64,000 nucleotides of DNA from Candidatus Nealsonbacteria bacterium (lineage in GTDB: Bacteria > Patescibacteriota > Minisyncoccia > Minisyncoccales > JANBVM01): assembly GCA_047456315.1 (NCBI GenBank), contig CP179889.1:448776-512775 (forward strand), written 5' to 3'. Both the position numbers and the translations under genes were made by a program. The notes below the pieces were generated by a model, which saw only the letters and a list, made by a program, of their open reading frames with translations, ran no database searches and was not told where the DNA came from. Positions 35,855 to 44,262 of this stretch are shown in pieces. Position 1 is the first letter of the stretch. The number at the start of each line of letters is the position of its first letter.

Positions 35855-36422
35855 TAACGAGTTTATCTTTAATTTTTTTTAAAATACAAACAAAAAGCAT
35901 TGATAAGAATGCTCCAAAAACAACATCTTTAGGAAAATGAAAGCCAGTATAAATTACTGTAAATCCAACTAAAAATGCCAGAACCAAGAAAAACCAGCTT
36001 AGTTTGTCTTTTTTTTCAATAAAAAAAGCCAGGGCCAGACCAAAAGCAAGCATTGTGGTAGTAGAAGGAAAAGAATACTGGCTCATGTGCCAGGGCCCAA
36101 CAATTCTTACGTCAGGGAGTATCATGTATGGCCTTGGCATTTTAAAAATAAGTTTTACTAAATTGCCAATAATATAACAAAAACCTCCTGAAAATAAAGT
36201 AAAAAATCCTGAAATATCTTTTTTAAAAACAAATAATATTCCAGGAATTATTCCCATTAAAAGGAATAAAGGAATAAAGATATATAAGACAATGAAGTCC
36301 AGAACCGGACTAGCCAAGTTCTGGTTAATAAATAAAAACAAAACTTCGTTATTAGTTATTATTAAAAAAATCATTAATCCAACGAGAAGTCCAATAAAGA
36401 TTTTATTAGTAGAATTATTCAT
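35832..36422 (-). CDS. PAP2-family membrane phosphatase
   Basis: 196 aa. KMPRP (Kx6RP), FPSTT (PSGH-like), TGFHFPKDV (SRx5Hx3D-like). Confidence 0.7.
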   Translation of the reverse strand: MNNSTNKIFIGLLVGLMIFLIITNNEVLFLFINQNLASPVLDFIVLYIFIPLFLLMGIIPGILFVFKKDISGFFTLFSGGFCYIIGNLVKLIFKMPRPYMILPDVRIVGPWHMSQYSFPSTTTMLAFGLALAFFIEKKDKLSWFFLVLAFLVGFTVIYTGFHFPKDVVFGAFLSMLFVCILKKIKDKLVNEKNLRS

Positions 36423-36594
36423 CTTGTTTTTGCTGCTTTTTTTAGCAAACCCTACTATATATAAGTTTCCCAGTTTTTTCTCATAAGCTTTTTCCGGCTT
36501 ATAACAAAAACTCTCATGCTCTTTAAGACATTTTACTTTGTATTTAACTTATTGTAAAATCAATTAGAACATTAGTTCTAGAGAGGAATAAAAA

Positions 36595-37017
36595 TTGAAA
36601 ATAAGTACAAAAATAGATGTTCTTGGGCTCGATCTGGACAATACCCTAACTTTCAGAATACGCGGAAAATTACCTTGGTGGTGCTTTACGCCTCTAATGC
36701 CATTTTTAATGTTATTACCGCCAAATAGATTAATACTTAATATGCTTAGAGAATTTAGAGAGTCTGGTGGTGAGATCGTTATTATTTCATCAAGGCCCAG
36801 GTTTTTCATAAAATTTTCAGAGCTATGGTTAAGGCATTACAAAGTTCCTTATTGTAAAATAAGATGTGTGGGTTTCATTCACAGAAGTCAGAAAAAACTA
36901 CAAGTTATTCGCAAAGAAAACATTAAATGTTTTATTGATGATGATTGTACAGTAAGAAATTTCCTAAAAAAAAATGAGCCTCTTATTAAAATATTAGATC
37001 CTTTCATTATGGTGTAA
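36595..37017 (+). CDS. HAD-superfamily hydrolase-like protein
   Basis: 140 aa. LGLDLDNTLT (DxDxT), IISSRP, FIDDD. TTG start with GAGAGG Shine-Dalgarno 9 nt upstream. Confidence 0.6.
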   Translation: MKISTKIDVLGLDLDNTLTFRIRGKLPWWCFTPLMPFLMLLPPNRLILNMLREFRESGGEIVIISSRPRFFIKFSELWLRHYKVPYCKIRCVGFIHRSQKKLQVIRKENIKCFIDDDCTVRNFLKKNEPLIKILDPFIMV

Positions 37018-37046
37018 AATACACCACTTTTTTTTAAAATTATCCA

Positions 37047-38244
37047 TTAACCTTTGTATTTTTCTAAAGCAATTTTTAACACATTCATTGCCTCTTTCAT
37101 TTTTGGCGCTGACAGAACAAAAGCAATCCTTACCTCGTCTTTGCCTAATCCCTTGCTGGCATAAAAACCAGCAGCAGGAGCCAGCATCACTGTTTTACCT
37201 TTGTATGAAAACTTGGTTAAAAGCCACTTGGTAAAATTCTCAGCACTTTTAACAGGAAGCTTAACTGTAATATAAAAAGCTCCTTTTGGTTTTGAACACT
37301 GGGCTCCAGGAATCTTTTGAAGCCCTTCAAAAACAGCATCTCTTCTTTTTTTATACTCTTTAACAATCTTTCTGGTGTAAGCTTTTGAGTTTAATAAAAG
37401 CGGTACTGTTGCTAATTGTTCAATCATTGGCGAGGATAACCGGGCCTGAGCAAATTTAGTTACTCCAGCAATAACATCTTTATTCTTTGAAGCTAAACAT
37501 CCTATTCTCACGCCACAAGCGCTAAATCTTTTGGAAATACTGTCAAGTATAACTGTTCTTGAACGGGCTTTTGGAAAATCCATTACTGAGTAATGTTTTT
37601 CTCCATCATAAACAAATTCACGATAGACCTCATCAGCTAAAATAAATAGATTATGTTTTATAGCAATATCAATAATCATTTGAAGCTCTTTCCTGGAATA
37701 AACAGTGCCAGTCGGATTAGAAGGATTACAAATTAAAATAGCTTTTGTCTTTCTGCTTATTTTCTTTTCAATAACAGCTCTTTTTGGCAAATGAAATCCA
37801 GTACTGACTAAGGTTCTGACAGGCGCTAATTTTACCCCTGCCATAGCCCCAAAACCATTATAATTGATAAAATGGCTCAAACACAATCACTTCATCACCT
37901 GGATCACAGACTGCAGCTAAAGCAAAGAAAATTGCTTCACTTCCAGCAATTGTAACAATGATTTCAGATTCATCAAAATTAATGCCAAATTCTTTAAAAT
38001 ACTTTCTCCAGGCAGATTTCACCTCAGGAATTCCATTAGAAGGAGTGTATCGTATTATCTTTTCATTAAAATTCTTAATCTTGTTTAATATCTGAGAAGG
38101 TGTTTTTAAGTCAGGCTGGCCAATATGAAGCTCAAAAACATCTAATCCTCTTTTTTTAGCAAGCTGAAGCAAAGGAACAAACTTTCTTATTGGTGATAAA
38201 GGTGCATTAATTGCCCTTAAAGAAGTTTTTAATTTTTTAACCAT
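37047..38244 (-). pseudogene. Class I/II (aspartate-type) aminotransferase, frameshifted
   Basis: N-terminal ORF 37858..38244 ends ..VIVFEPFYQL*. The C-terminal ORF continues NYNGFGAMAGVK.. in another frame and carries the PLP lysine block SISKRFSACGVRIG. The junction TTTTATCAATTATAATGG shows a 1-nt frame offset. Confidence 0.7.
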
Positions 38245-38251
38245 AAATTAT

Positions 38252-38827
38252 TTATTCTTTAACTTTAAAAGGCTCGCCATGACCAGGATAAATCATCATA
38301 TTTGGTTTTAATAATGCTGATAATCTTTTTAATGAATTCTGCATTTGCTCATCTGAACCGCCAGGTAAATCAGTTCTTCCATAACCATTTTCAAAAAGCG
38401 TATCACCAGTAAAAATAAAATTATTACCCAGCAAACAAATGCCTCCAGGAGTATGTCCAGGCGTATGTATAACCTCTAAAAGAACATTGCCAATCTTTAT
38501 CTTATCTTTTTCTTTTAAAAATTCATCTGCCTGGCAATTATTAAATTGTTTTTCTTTTTCATGAATTAAAATTTTAGCATTTGTTTGTTTTTTAACCTCT
38601 GGCACAGCTAAAATATGATCAGGGTGACAATGTGTAATTATGATTTGTTTTGGGCTTGCTTTTAACTGCTTGATTTCATTCAAAATCCTTTCTGCCTCAT
38701 CTCCAGGATCAATAATAGCTAATTCATTCTCTGAAACCAATAAATAACAATTAGCTTTCAGTTCGCCCACTACAAGATGTTTAATTTTCATTGGTTCGCT
38801 CTGGTCTCTTTCTTTTACTAAAAACAA
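38252..38827 (-). CDS. MBL-fold metallo-hydrolase (glyoxalase II-like)
   Basis: THCHPDH motif, HTPGHTPG, GDTLF. Likely start at the internal Met (MKIKHLVVG). Confidence 0.8.
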   Translation of the reverse strand: MFLVKERDQSEPMKIKHLVVGELKANCYLLVSENELAIIDPGDEAERILNEIKQLKASPKQIIITHCHPDHILAVPEVKKQTNAKILIHEKEKQFNNCQADEFLKEKDKIKIGNVLLEVIHTPGHTPGGICLLGNNFIFTGDTLFENGYGRTDLPGGSDEQMQNSLKRLSALLKPNMMIYPGHGEPFKVKE

Positions 38828-39005
38828 AAATATAAAGAATTTCTAATACAGCCAGGGTATTAAGTACAATTAAGACCACAAACCATTTTCTATGATTGTT
38901 TTTTACCGCTCTCCATAAAGCAACTACTTTCCAAGGAAGCGTCCAAAGAGTAATCAAGAAAATTATCCATGGGTTAGCAAGTAAAAATAAAGTTAATTCA
39001 TCCAT
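38781..39005 (-). CDS. Small membrane protein
   Basis: 74 aa with two TM helices. Confidence 0.5.
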   Translation of the reverse strand: MDELTLFLLANPWIIFLITLWTLPWKVVALWRAVKNNHRKWFVVLIVLNTLAVLEILYIFVFSKRKRPERTNEN

Positions 39006-39006
39006 A

Positions 39007-39786
39007 TTAATGTATCTCGTAGGTTATTATGACAGTGCTCTGAATTAAATTCTCTCCAGTCTCAATTTCAGGAGCCGCCCCGCCAAGACCATAGGCCTCT
39101 TTAAGACCATAGAAAATTGGAGAAACTGCGCTTTCACTAAAATTAGTAATTCTTCCCAGCCCTACTCCTAATTGTTGCGTTAATTCTTTAGCTTTTAATT
39201 TAGCTTTGTCGATTGCAATCTCTCTAGCTTGTTTTTTTAATTCATCTTCATCATCAAATGTAAACTCTAAGCTACCTACTCCAGTAGCACCAGCATCAGT
39301 GGCTCCTTCAATCAAAGTGCCTATTTTTAACATATCCCTTATTTTAACCTCTAAGGATTGGGTTACTTCATAACCAACCAAAACACGCTGGCCAACAGGA
39401 GGATAAGAAAATTCAGAACCATTGCGCCACTCATAACGAGGGCTTATTCTAAAAGTGGTTGTTTTTAAATCTTTATCTTCAACTCCAGAGTTTTTTAAAA
39501 ACTCAATAATCTTGTTCATGCTTTCACTATTTTTGGTCAAAGCATCAGCAGCAGCTTTCTCTTCAGAAACTACTGAAAAGCTAATTAAAGCTAAATCAGG
39601 TTTAGCATATACTTCGCCTATTGCTGAAACACTGATTGTGCTTTGAACATCCTGTCCAATATATTTTCCTTTTTTAAATTCATTGATAGTAAGCATTCCC
39701 ACAAATAAAATTAAAACTATTAAAAAAATATTCAATAGTTTTTTCTTGTCCTTTATTTCAGGATGCTTTATATAATCTGTGTTCAT
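39007..39786 (-). CDS. SIMPL-domain (DUF541) protein
   Basis: 259 aa. Signal anchor, ISVSAIGEVYAKPDLALISFSV and C-terminal patterns typical of SIMPL / 26-kDa periplasmic proteins. Confidence 0.7.
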   Translation of the reverse strand: MNTDYIKHPEIKDKKKLLNIFLIVLILFVGMLTINEFKKGKYIGQDVQSTISVSAIGEVYAKPDLALISFSVVSEEKAAADALTKNSESMNKIIEFLKNSGVEDKDLKTTTFRISPRYEWRNGSEFSYPPVGQRVLVGYEVTQSLEVKIRDMLKIGTLIEGATDAGATGVGSLEFTFDDEDELKKQAREIAIDKAKLKAKELTQQLGVGLGRITNFSESAVSPIFYGLKEAYGLGGAAPEIETGENLIQSTVIITYEIH

Positions 39787-39866
39787 ATTATTGACAATTA
39801 TTTAATTAAACAAAACGACTTTTTTATTTATGGATTTATATTATATCACTTCTTTAAAATAACAAA

Positions 39867-40002
39867 CTACCAGGTCAGCTTAAAATCATGATGCTTGCCG
39901 CCCTTAAAAACACACTCTGTTTCAATACAGATCACTGGGCTTCTAACTATCATTTTCACCAAGCTCCTGGACTTTTTCTTTTGTTAAAATATCTTCTACC
40001 AT
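39867..40002 (-). pseudogene. Collapsed third copy of the tandem 200-aa paralogue family
   Basis: ATGGTAGAAGATATT start overlaps the stop of the upstream copy exactly as at the 40592-40598 junction. About 17 N-terminal codons (VEDILTKEKVQELGEN) join out of frame to the last ~31 codons (LVKMIVRSPVICIETECVFKGGKHHDFKLTW*). Confidence 0.6.
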
Positions 40003-40598
40003 TTTATTAAAAATTCATGATAGTTATCACCTTTAAAAGGACACTTGGTTTCTTCACAAGTTATCTCGCCTCTTAGGACCATTCTCATCACACTATAGAT
40101 ATATCCTTTCATACTCAAGCAGTGATAAGGGTGAAGTTTAAAATTCTTGATTCTTAGAACAGCATATTTTTCCTCCTTATTTAATTCAACCATTTCCAGA
40201 TCTCCAATAGAATAAAGTTTTCTCCATATCTTTGGGGCTGCCTTGGCAGCTGATTCAATGGAAACAAAATACTTCATGAAAAGTCTTAAAATTAAAGAAA
40301 GTTTTGAATTAAACTCTCCTAATTCTTCAAACTCCCTATCAGTAAAATTAAACAGTTTTTTAATCACTAAAAAAAGAATTACCTCTAGACCCACTGGATA
40401 AAACTCCATGTTTCTCATTTTTTCATAATTTATTGGATAACCAAGGTTTCTCATTTCATCTTCAATTTTCTTTAGAGCTTCTTTGCCTTTTTTATCAATT
40501 ACATAATCAATATCACCTTTAATTGAAATTCCTCTTGTTTCTCCTTTCATTTTCATTAACTCATCAGCTATTTTTTTTGTAATAATATCTTCTACCAT
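39996..40598 (-). CDS. Paralogue 2 of a 200-aa putative ligand-binding protein (V4R/DUF2378-like, tentative)
   Basis: 200 aa. C-terminus HCLSMKGYIYSVMRMVLRGEITCEETKCPFKGDNYHEFLIKW recalls V4R-type domains. Roughly half of positions are identical to the upstream copy by eye. Confidence 0.6.
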   Translation of the reverse strand: MVEDIITKKIADELMKMKGETRGISIKGDIDYVIDKKGKEALKKIEDEMRNLGYPINYEKMRNMEFYPVGLEVILFLVIKKLFNFTDREFEELGEFNSKLSLILRLFMKYFVSIESAAKAAPKIWRKLYSIGDLEMVELNKEEKYAVLRIKNFKLHPYHCLSMKGYIYSVMRMVLRGEITCEETKCPFKGDNYHEFLIKW

Positions 40599-41191
40599 TT
40601 TATTAAAAACTGATGATAATTATCACCTTTAAAAGGACACTTGGTTTCTTTACAGTCAGTATCTTTATTAACAACCATTTTAACCACATTGGCAAAATAT
40701 CCTTCAAGCATCCGGCAATGAGGTGAATGAATCTTAAAATTTTTAATCTCTAAAACAACATATTTTTCTTCTTCGTTTAGCTCTGTAACTTTAAAATATC
40801 CTATATTGTAATACTTTCTCCACATAATTGGCGCTTTCTGAGCTATTACCTGCATAGAAACAAAATATTTCATAAAAAGCTTAACAATCAAAGAAATCTT
40901 TGACTGATACTCACCTATTTCTCTTAACTTTTCATCACTAAGATTAAAAAGCTCTCTTACAACTAAAAGCGTTACAGCTTCCAGTCCTATTGGATAAAAA
41001 CTCATTGGCTTCATACTCTTATACTTTACTATCTGACCAAGCTCTGCCATCTTATCTTCTACTTTCTTAAAAACCTCTTCTCCTTTTTCCTCAACAACAA
41101 ACTGAACATGACTTTTAGGAGCAATCCCCCTCACCTCTCCTTTGATTTTCATCAATTCATCAGCTATTTTTTTTGTAATTTTTTCTTCCAT
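40592..41191 (-). CDS. Paralogue 1 of a 200-aa putative ligand-binding protein (V4R/DUF2378-like, tentative)
   Basis: 199 aa. C-terminus HCRMLEGYFANVVKMVVNKDTDCKETKCPFKGDNYHQFLIKW. 7-nt overlap with paralogue 2. Confidence 0.6.
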   Translation of the reverse strand: MEEKITKKIADELMKIKGEVRGIAPKSHVQFVVEEKGEEVFKKVEDKMAELGQIVKYKSMKPMSFYPIGLEAVTLLVVRELFNLSDEKLREIGEYQSKISLIVKLFMKYFVSMQVIAQKAPIMWRKYYNIGYFKVTELNEEEKYVVLEIKNFKIHSPHCRMLEGYFANVVKMVVNKDTDCKETKCPFKGDNYHQFLIKW

Positions 41192-41198
41192 TTAAATA

Positions 41199-41966
41199 TT
41201 AAAAAAGAGTTAAATGAGTTTTAGTCATATTAGGATAGTTTTTGATCTGTGAGAGCTGCTGCCTATTGGAAAGCTCCCATAATCTCTTGGCTGCTAAAAA
41301 CATATTTAAAAAAGACCTGTGATTGTCTACTTTTTTTAACTGGCAACTTCCTATAAAAGAATTAAAATCATGTCTGCAGAATCTTTTTCCTCTTTTAATA
41401 CTAATATCGCCCAGCTTATTTCTTTTTTCTGCACCGCAAATCTTGCATTTTTGATACTGATCAATTTTTAAAATCCAATGAGTTTTGGCTTTTTTCTTTG
41501 TCTTTTCATTATATGCATTAAAGTATGCAGCAGTTTGAATAAAATGATCATCCCAGATATCTCTCGAAGTCTTCAAGTCCACAATTCCAAGCTTGCCATT
41601 AATCTCAGCCAGAACATCAAATGTTCCAGCATAAGTATTCTGCTTGCTGAAAACCCTTTTCTCAATACTTAAAGGTTTAACTTTGTTAATACTAAGCCAA
41701 TCTAAAAAAGCCTGTATTGAGGGCCGGATATTTGGTTTAATCTCGGGATTCTTTTTTAAAAGTATTTTCTCAATTGTTTCATGAATAAGAATTCCCCAAC
41801 CAGTAATTTTCTTTCTTTTTCTTTGCATTGCAATAAAGCTCGGCTGATTAGCCAGCCATATTTCAAGCCCAGGCTTTGCAATAATATTGCAAATTGAGGT
41901 CACTCTTGGATACCACAATCCATCAATTTCATATCCATTGTTTTTTTGAAAAAGTTTAGGACTCAT
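41199..41966 (-). CDS. PD-(D/E)XK nuclease (RecB/Cas4-like exonuclease fold) with an inserted Cys cluster
   Basis: 255 aa. GILIHETIE, YAGTFDVLAE, GIVDLKTS (DxK), QTAAYFNAY (QxxxY). Extra CKICGAEK...FCRH module. Confidence 0.7.
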   Translation of the reverse strand: MSPKLFQKNNGYEIDGLWYPRVTSICNIIAKPGLEIWLANQPSFIAMQRKRKKITGWGILIHETIEKILLKKNPEIKPNIRPSIQAFLDWLSINKVKPLSIEKRVFSKQNTYAGTFDVLAEINGKLGIVDLKTSRDIWDDHFIQTAAYFNAYNEKTKKKAKTHWILKIDQYQKCKICGAEKRNKLGDISIKRGKRFCRHDFNSFIGSCQLKKVDNHRSFLNMFLAAKRLWELSNRQQLSQIKNYPNMTKTHLTLF

Positions 41967-41975
41967 ATTTAAGAT

Positions 41976-42016
41976 TTTATCAAAAAACCGCCAGATTGAC
42001 TAATCTGACGACTTTT
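41976..42016 (-). terminator. Intrinsic terminator after rlmN
   Basis: Imperfect hairpin GTCGTCAGATT..AATCTGGCGG followed by a T run on the minus strand. Confidence 0.45.
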
Positions 42017-42031
42017 TTAAAAAATAATCTT

Positions 42032-43024
42032 CTATTCACCTGCTAATTGACCGCAAGCAGCTTTAATATCCTGGCCAAAACTATATCTTTGGCTCACTTT
42101 AACTTTTGCTTTTTCTAAAATCTCTTTAAATTTTTTAATTCTTGAAGGACTGGATGCTTTAAAATCTCCTGTTGGATTATAACTGATCAAATTAACCAAG
42201 TAAAGTGGTTTTTTCATTATCTTTATTAATTGCCTGGCATGCTCGTCCTTGTCATTAATATCCTTTATCATCATATATTCAAACATTACCTTACGCCTAG
42301 TTTTAATTACATAATCATCAACTGCTTTTAAAACTTTTGAAATTGAATAATTTTTATTAACTGGCATAATCTTAACGCGCAGCTTATCATTTGGCGCATG
42401 TAAAGATATGGCTAAATTTATTCTAAGATTTTCTTTGCTTAATTTCTGAATTCCTTCAACAATTCCAGCAGTTGAGATTGAAAAACTTCTTGCTCCTAAA
42501 TTAAATCCATCTTTGTCATTTAAAGTCCTAATTGAACTAATAACATTATCGTAATTTAAAAAGGGCTCACCCATTCCCATAAAAACTATATTGCTTATCT
42601 TCTGTCTCTTCTTTTTTAAATGTCTGGCAAAAAATAATACCTGATTTACAATTTCATAATCTTTTAAATTTCTCTTAAACCCCATTTTTCCTGTGGCGCA
42701 GAATACACAACCCAGAGCACAGCCAACCTGAGAAGAAACACAAACTGTATTTCTTTTGTCAACATGTTTCATGAGCACTGATTCGATTTTTAAACCATCG
42801 CTTAATTTAATTAAAGCTTTAATGGTCTTTTTATTCTTAGAAACAAAAGTCTTGACTTTAATCTCTAAAGAACATTTTTTATCTAGCTTTTCTCTTAAAA
42901 GTGGCGGAAATGATGTGGCTTGATTCCAGTTTTCTATCAAATTAAAAAAAACAAGTCTTTTTGCTTGTTTTAAGCGGTAGCTTGGCTGAGATTTCAAAAC
43001 TTTTTTTACACAAGAAAAATCCAT
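42032..43024 (-). CDS. rlmN: 23S rRNA/tRNA (adenine-C2)-methyltransferase RlmN (radical SAM)
   Basis: 330 aa. CVSSQVGCALGCVFCATG, GMGEPFLNYD, C-terminal CGQL. Confidence 0.9.
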   Translation of the reverse strand: MDFSCVKKVLKSQPSYRLKQAKRLVFFNLIENWNQATSFPPLLREKLDKKCSLEIKVKTFVSKNKKTIKALIKLSDGLKIESVLMKHVDKRNTVCVSSQVGCALGCVFCATGKMGFKRNLKDYEIVNQVLFFARHLKKKRQKISNIVFMGMGEPFLNYDNVISSIRTLNDKDGFNLGARSFSISTAGIVEGIQKLSKENLRINLAISLHAPNDKLRVKIMPVNKNYSISKVLKAVDDYVIKTRRKVMFEYMMIKDINDKDEHARQLIKIMKKPLYLVNLISYNPTGDFKASSPSRIKKFKEILEKAKVKVSQRYSFGQDIKAACGQLAGE

Positions 43025-43245
43025 TATTTATCAACTTTAAAAATCTTGTTTCTTTGTTTGAATCCCTTAATCAACCTTATTTTTGACTGAGGAATTTTAA
43101 AATACGAAGATAAAACTAAAATTAATTTCTTGTTTGCCTTTCCTTTTTCTGGTTTTTCTTTTATCTTTATCTCAAAACTATTATCAGCAGTTTTTGTTAT
43201 TTTCTCTTTTTTGGAACTGGGAAAAACCTTTACCCTAACAAGCAT
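43024..43245 (-). CDS. DUF167 (YggU-like) protein
   Basis: 73 aa. KGKANKKLILVLSSYFKIPQSKIRLIKGFKQRNKI is the family pattern. Confidence 0.7.
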   Translation of the reverse strand: MLVRVKVFPSSKKEKITKTADNSFEIKIKEKPEKGKANKKLILVLSSYFKIPQSKIRLIKGFKQRNKIFKVDK

Positions 43246-43281
43246 AAATTAATTCTGCATTTTTTAGCACTGTAAAATTTG

Positions 43282-43563
43282 TTAATGTTTTATTTCAAAA
43301 CTATTAAATTCTCCCCTGTATTCCTGCCAATCAACCTTAAAATCTGAAACCTTGGCAAGAAGTGGTCCTTTCTTAATCCAATTAACTATTTTCTCTACTG
43401 TGTCCTTTTCTCCTTCAAAAACAGCTTCAACTTTACCATTATTTAGGTTTCTAACCCATCCTGAAACTCCAAACTTTCCAGCTTGTTTGGCAGTGTCTTG
43501 TCTGAAATATACTCCCTGTACCCTGCCTGAAACAATAATATGAGCCCTTATCTTTTCTTCCAT
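43282..43563 (-). CDS. acyP: Acylphosphatase
   Basis: 93 aa. VSGRVQGVYFR and GWVRNLNNGKVEAVFEG signatures. Confidence 0.88.
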   Translation of the reverse strand: MEEKIRAHIIVSGRVQGVYFRQDTAKQAGKFGVSGWVRNLNNGKVEAVFEGEKDTVEKIVNWIKKGPLLAKVSDFKVDWQEYRGEFNSFEIKH

Positions 43564-43566
43564 ACA

Positions 43567-43689
43567 CTAAAAACCACGCAAGATTTTCATTATTATATAA
43601 AAAATTGCACCAATAAACACTATAATAAGTAAAACTATCAAAAAATTAAATACTGCCAGGTCAAGAATATTAACAATTATATCTAACAT
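43567..43689 (-). CDS. Possible 40-aa hydrophobic peptide
   Basis: Unlisted small ORF MLDIIVNILDLAVFNFLIVLLIIVFIGAIFYIIMKILRGF*, ending 4 nt before the acyP start. Confidence 0.3.
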   Translation of the reverse strand: MLDIIVNILDLAVFNFLIVLLIIVFIGAIFYIIMKILRGF

Positions 43690-43706
43690 ATTTTAATTTT
43701 ATTAAA

Positions 43707-44039
43707 TTATAATAATTTTATTTGCCTGAACGCTTTAACAATTTCCAGTGATTTCTTTTTTCCTTTATTTGTCAGGGCAAAAGCTATCTGAGGCCCTCCT
43801 TTAACTAAACCTTTTTTTCTTAAATCTCTTAAGGGCCTATCTAATTTTCTGCTGTCAGGCCATCTGGGATACTTTAGAAAAGCAAAGGTTTTTGGAAATA
43901 ATCTGAAGCATTCACTTACTAAATCTTCAAAACCACACTCTTGATATTTACCTTTTATTGAGTGTATTGCAAAAATAATCAAATCATTAATTGCAATCTT
44001 AGTATAGAGCTCTTCATCAAAAGAAATTTTCTTTTTCAT
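43707..44039 (-). CDS. Hypothetical protein
   Basis: 110-aa ORF with a basic C-terminus. No motif recognised. Confidence 0.5.
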   Translation of the reverse strand: MKKKISFDEELYTKIAINDLIIFAIHSIKGKYQECGFEDLVSECFRLFPKTFAFLKYPRWPDSRKLDRPLRDLRKKGLVKGGPQIAFALTNKGKKKSLEIVKAFRQIKLL

Positions 44040-44131
44040 TCTTTTCTGATGGTTATTCTATTTTAATCATTACATTTCCGCACTGTTTTGTAAACCTGAA
44101 TCACGCATTGCTAAAGACTAAAATATGTATG

Positions 44132-44203
44132 TGGGCGCATCTGGAATTGAACCAGAGACCTCTATCGTGTGAAGATAGCGCTCTACCACTAAGCCATGCG
44201 CCC
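44132..44203 (-). tRNA. tRNA-Val (anticodon CAC)
   Basis: Acceptor GGGCGCA/TGCGCCC, D arm GCTTAGTGGTAGAGC, anticodon stem CTATC/GATAG with loop TTCACAC, T arm TCTGG-TTCAATT-CCAGA. No CCA. Confidence 0.9.
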
Positions 44204-44262
44204 AATCTATAAATATTAATAAATTTCATAAGATGAGTAAAGTTTGTTAAAATAGGTATAAT

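Noticed and set aside
36564-36809. Listed 81-aa minus-strand ORF
   Set aside because: It is antisense to the HAD-like gene, which has DxDxT motifs and a Shine-Dalgarno sequence.
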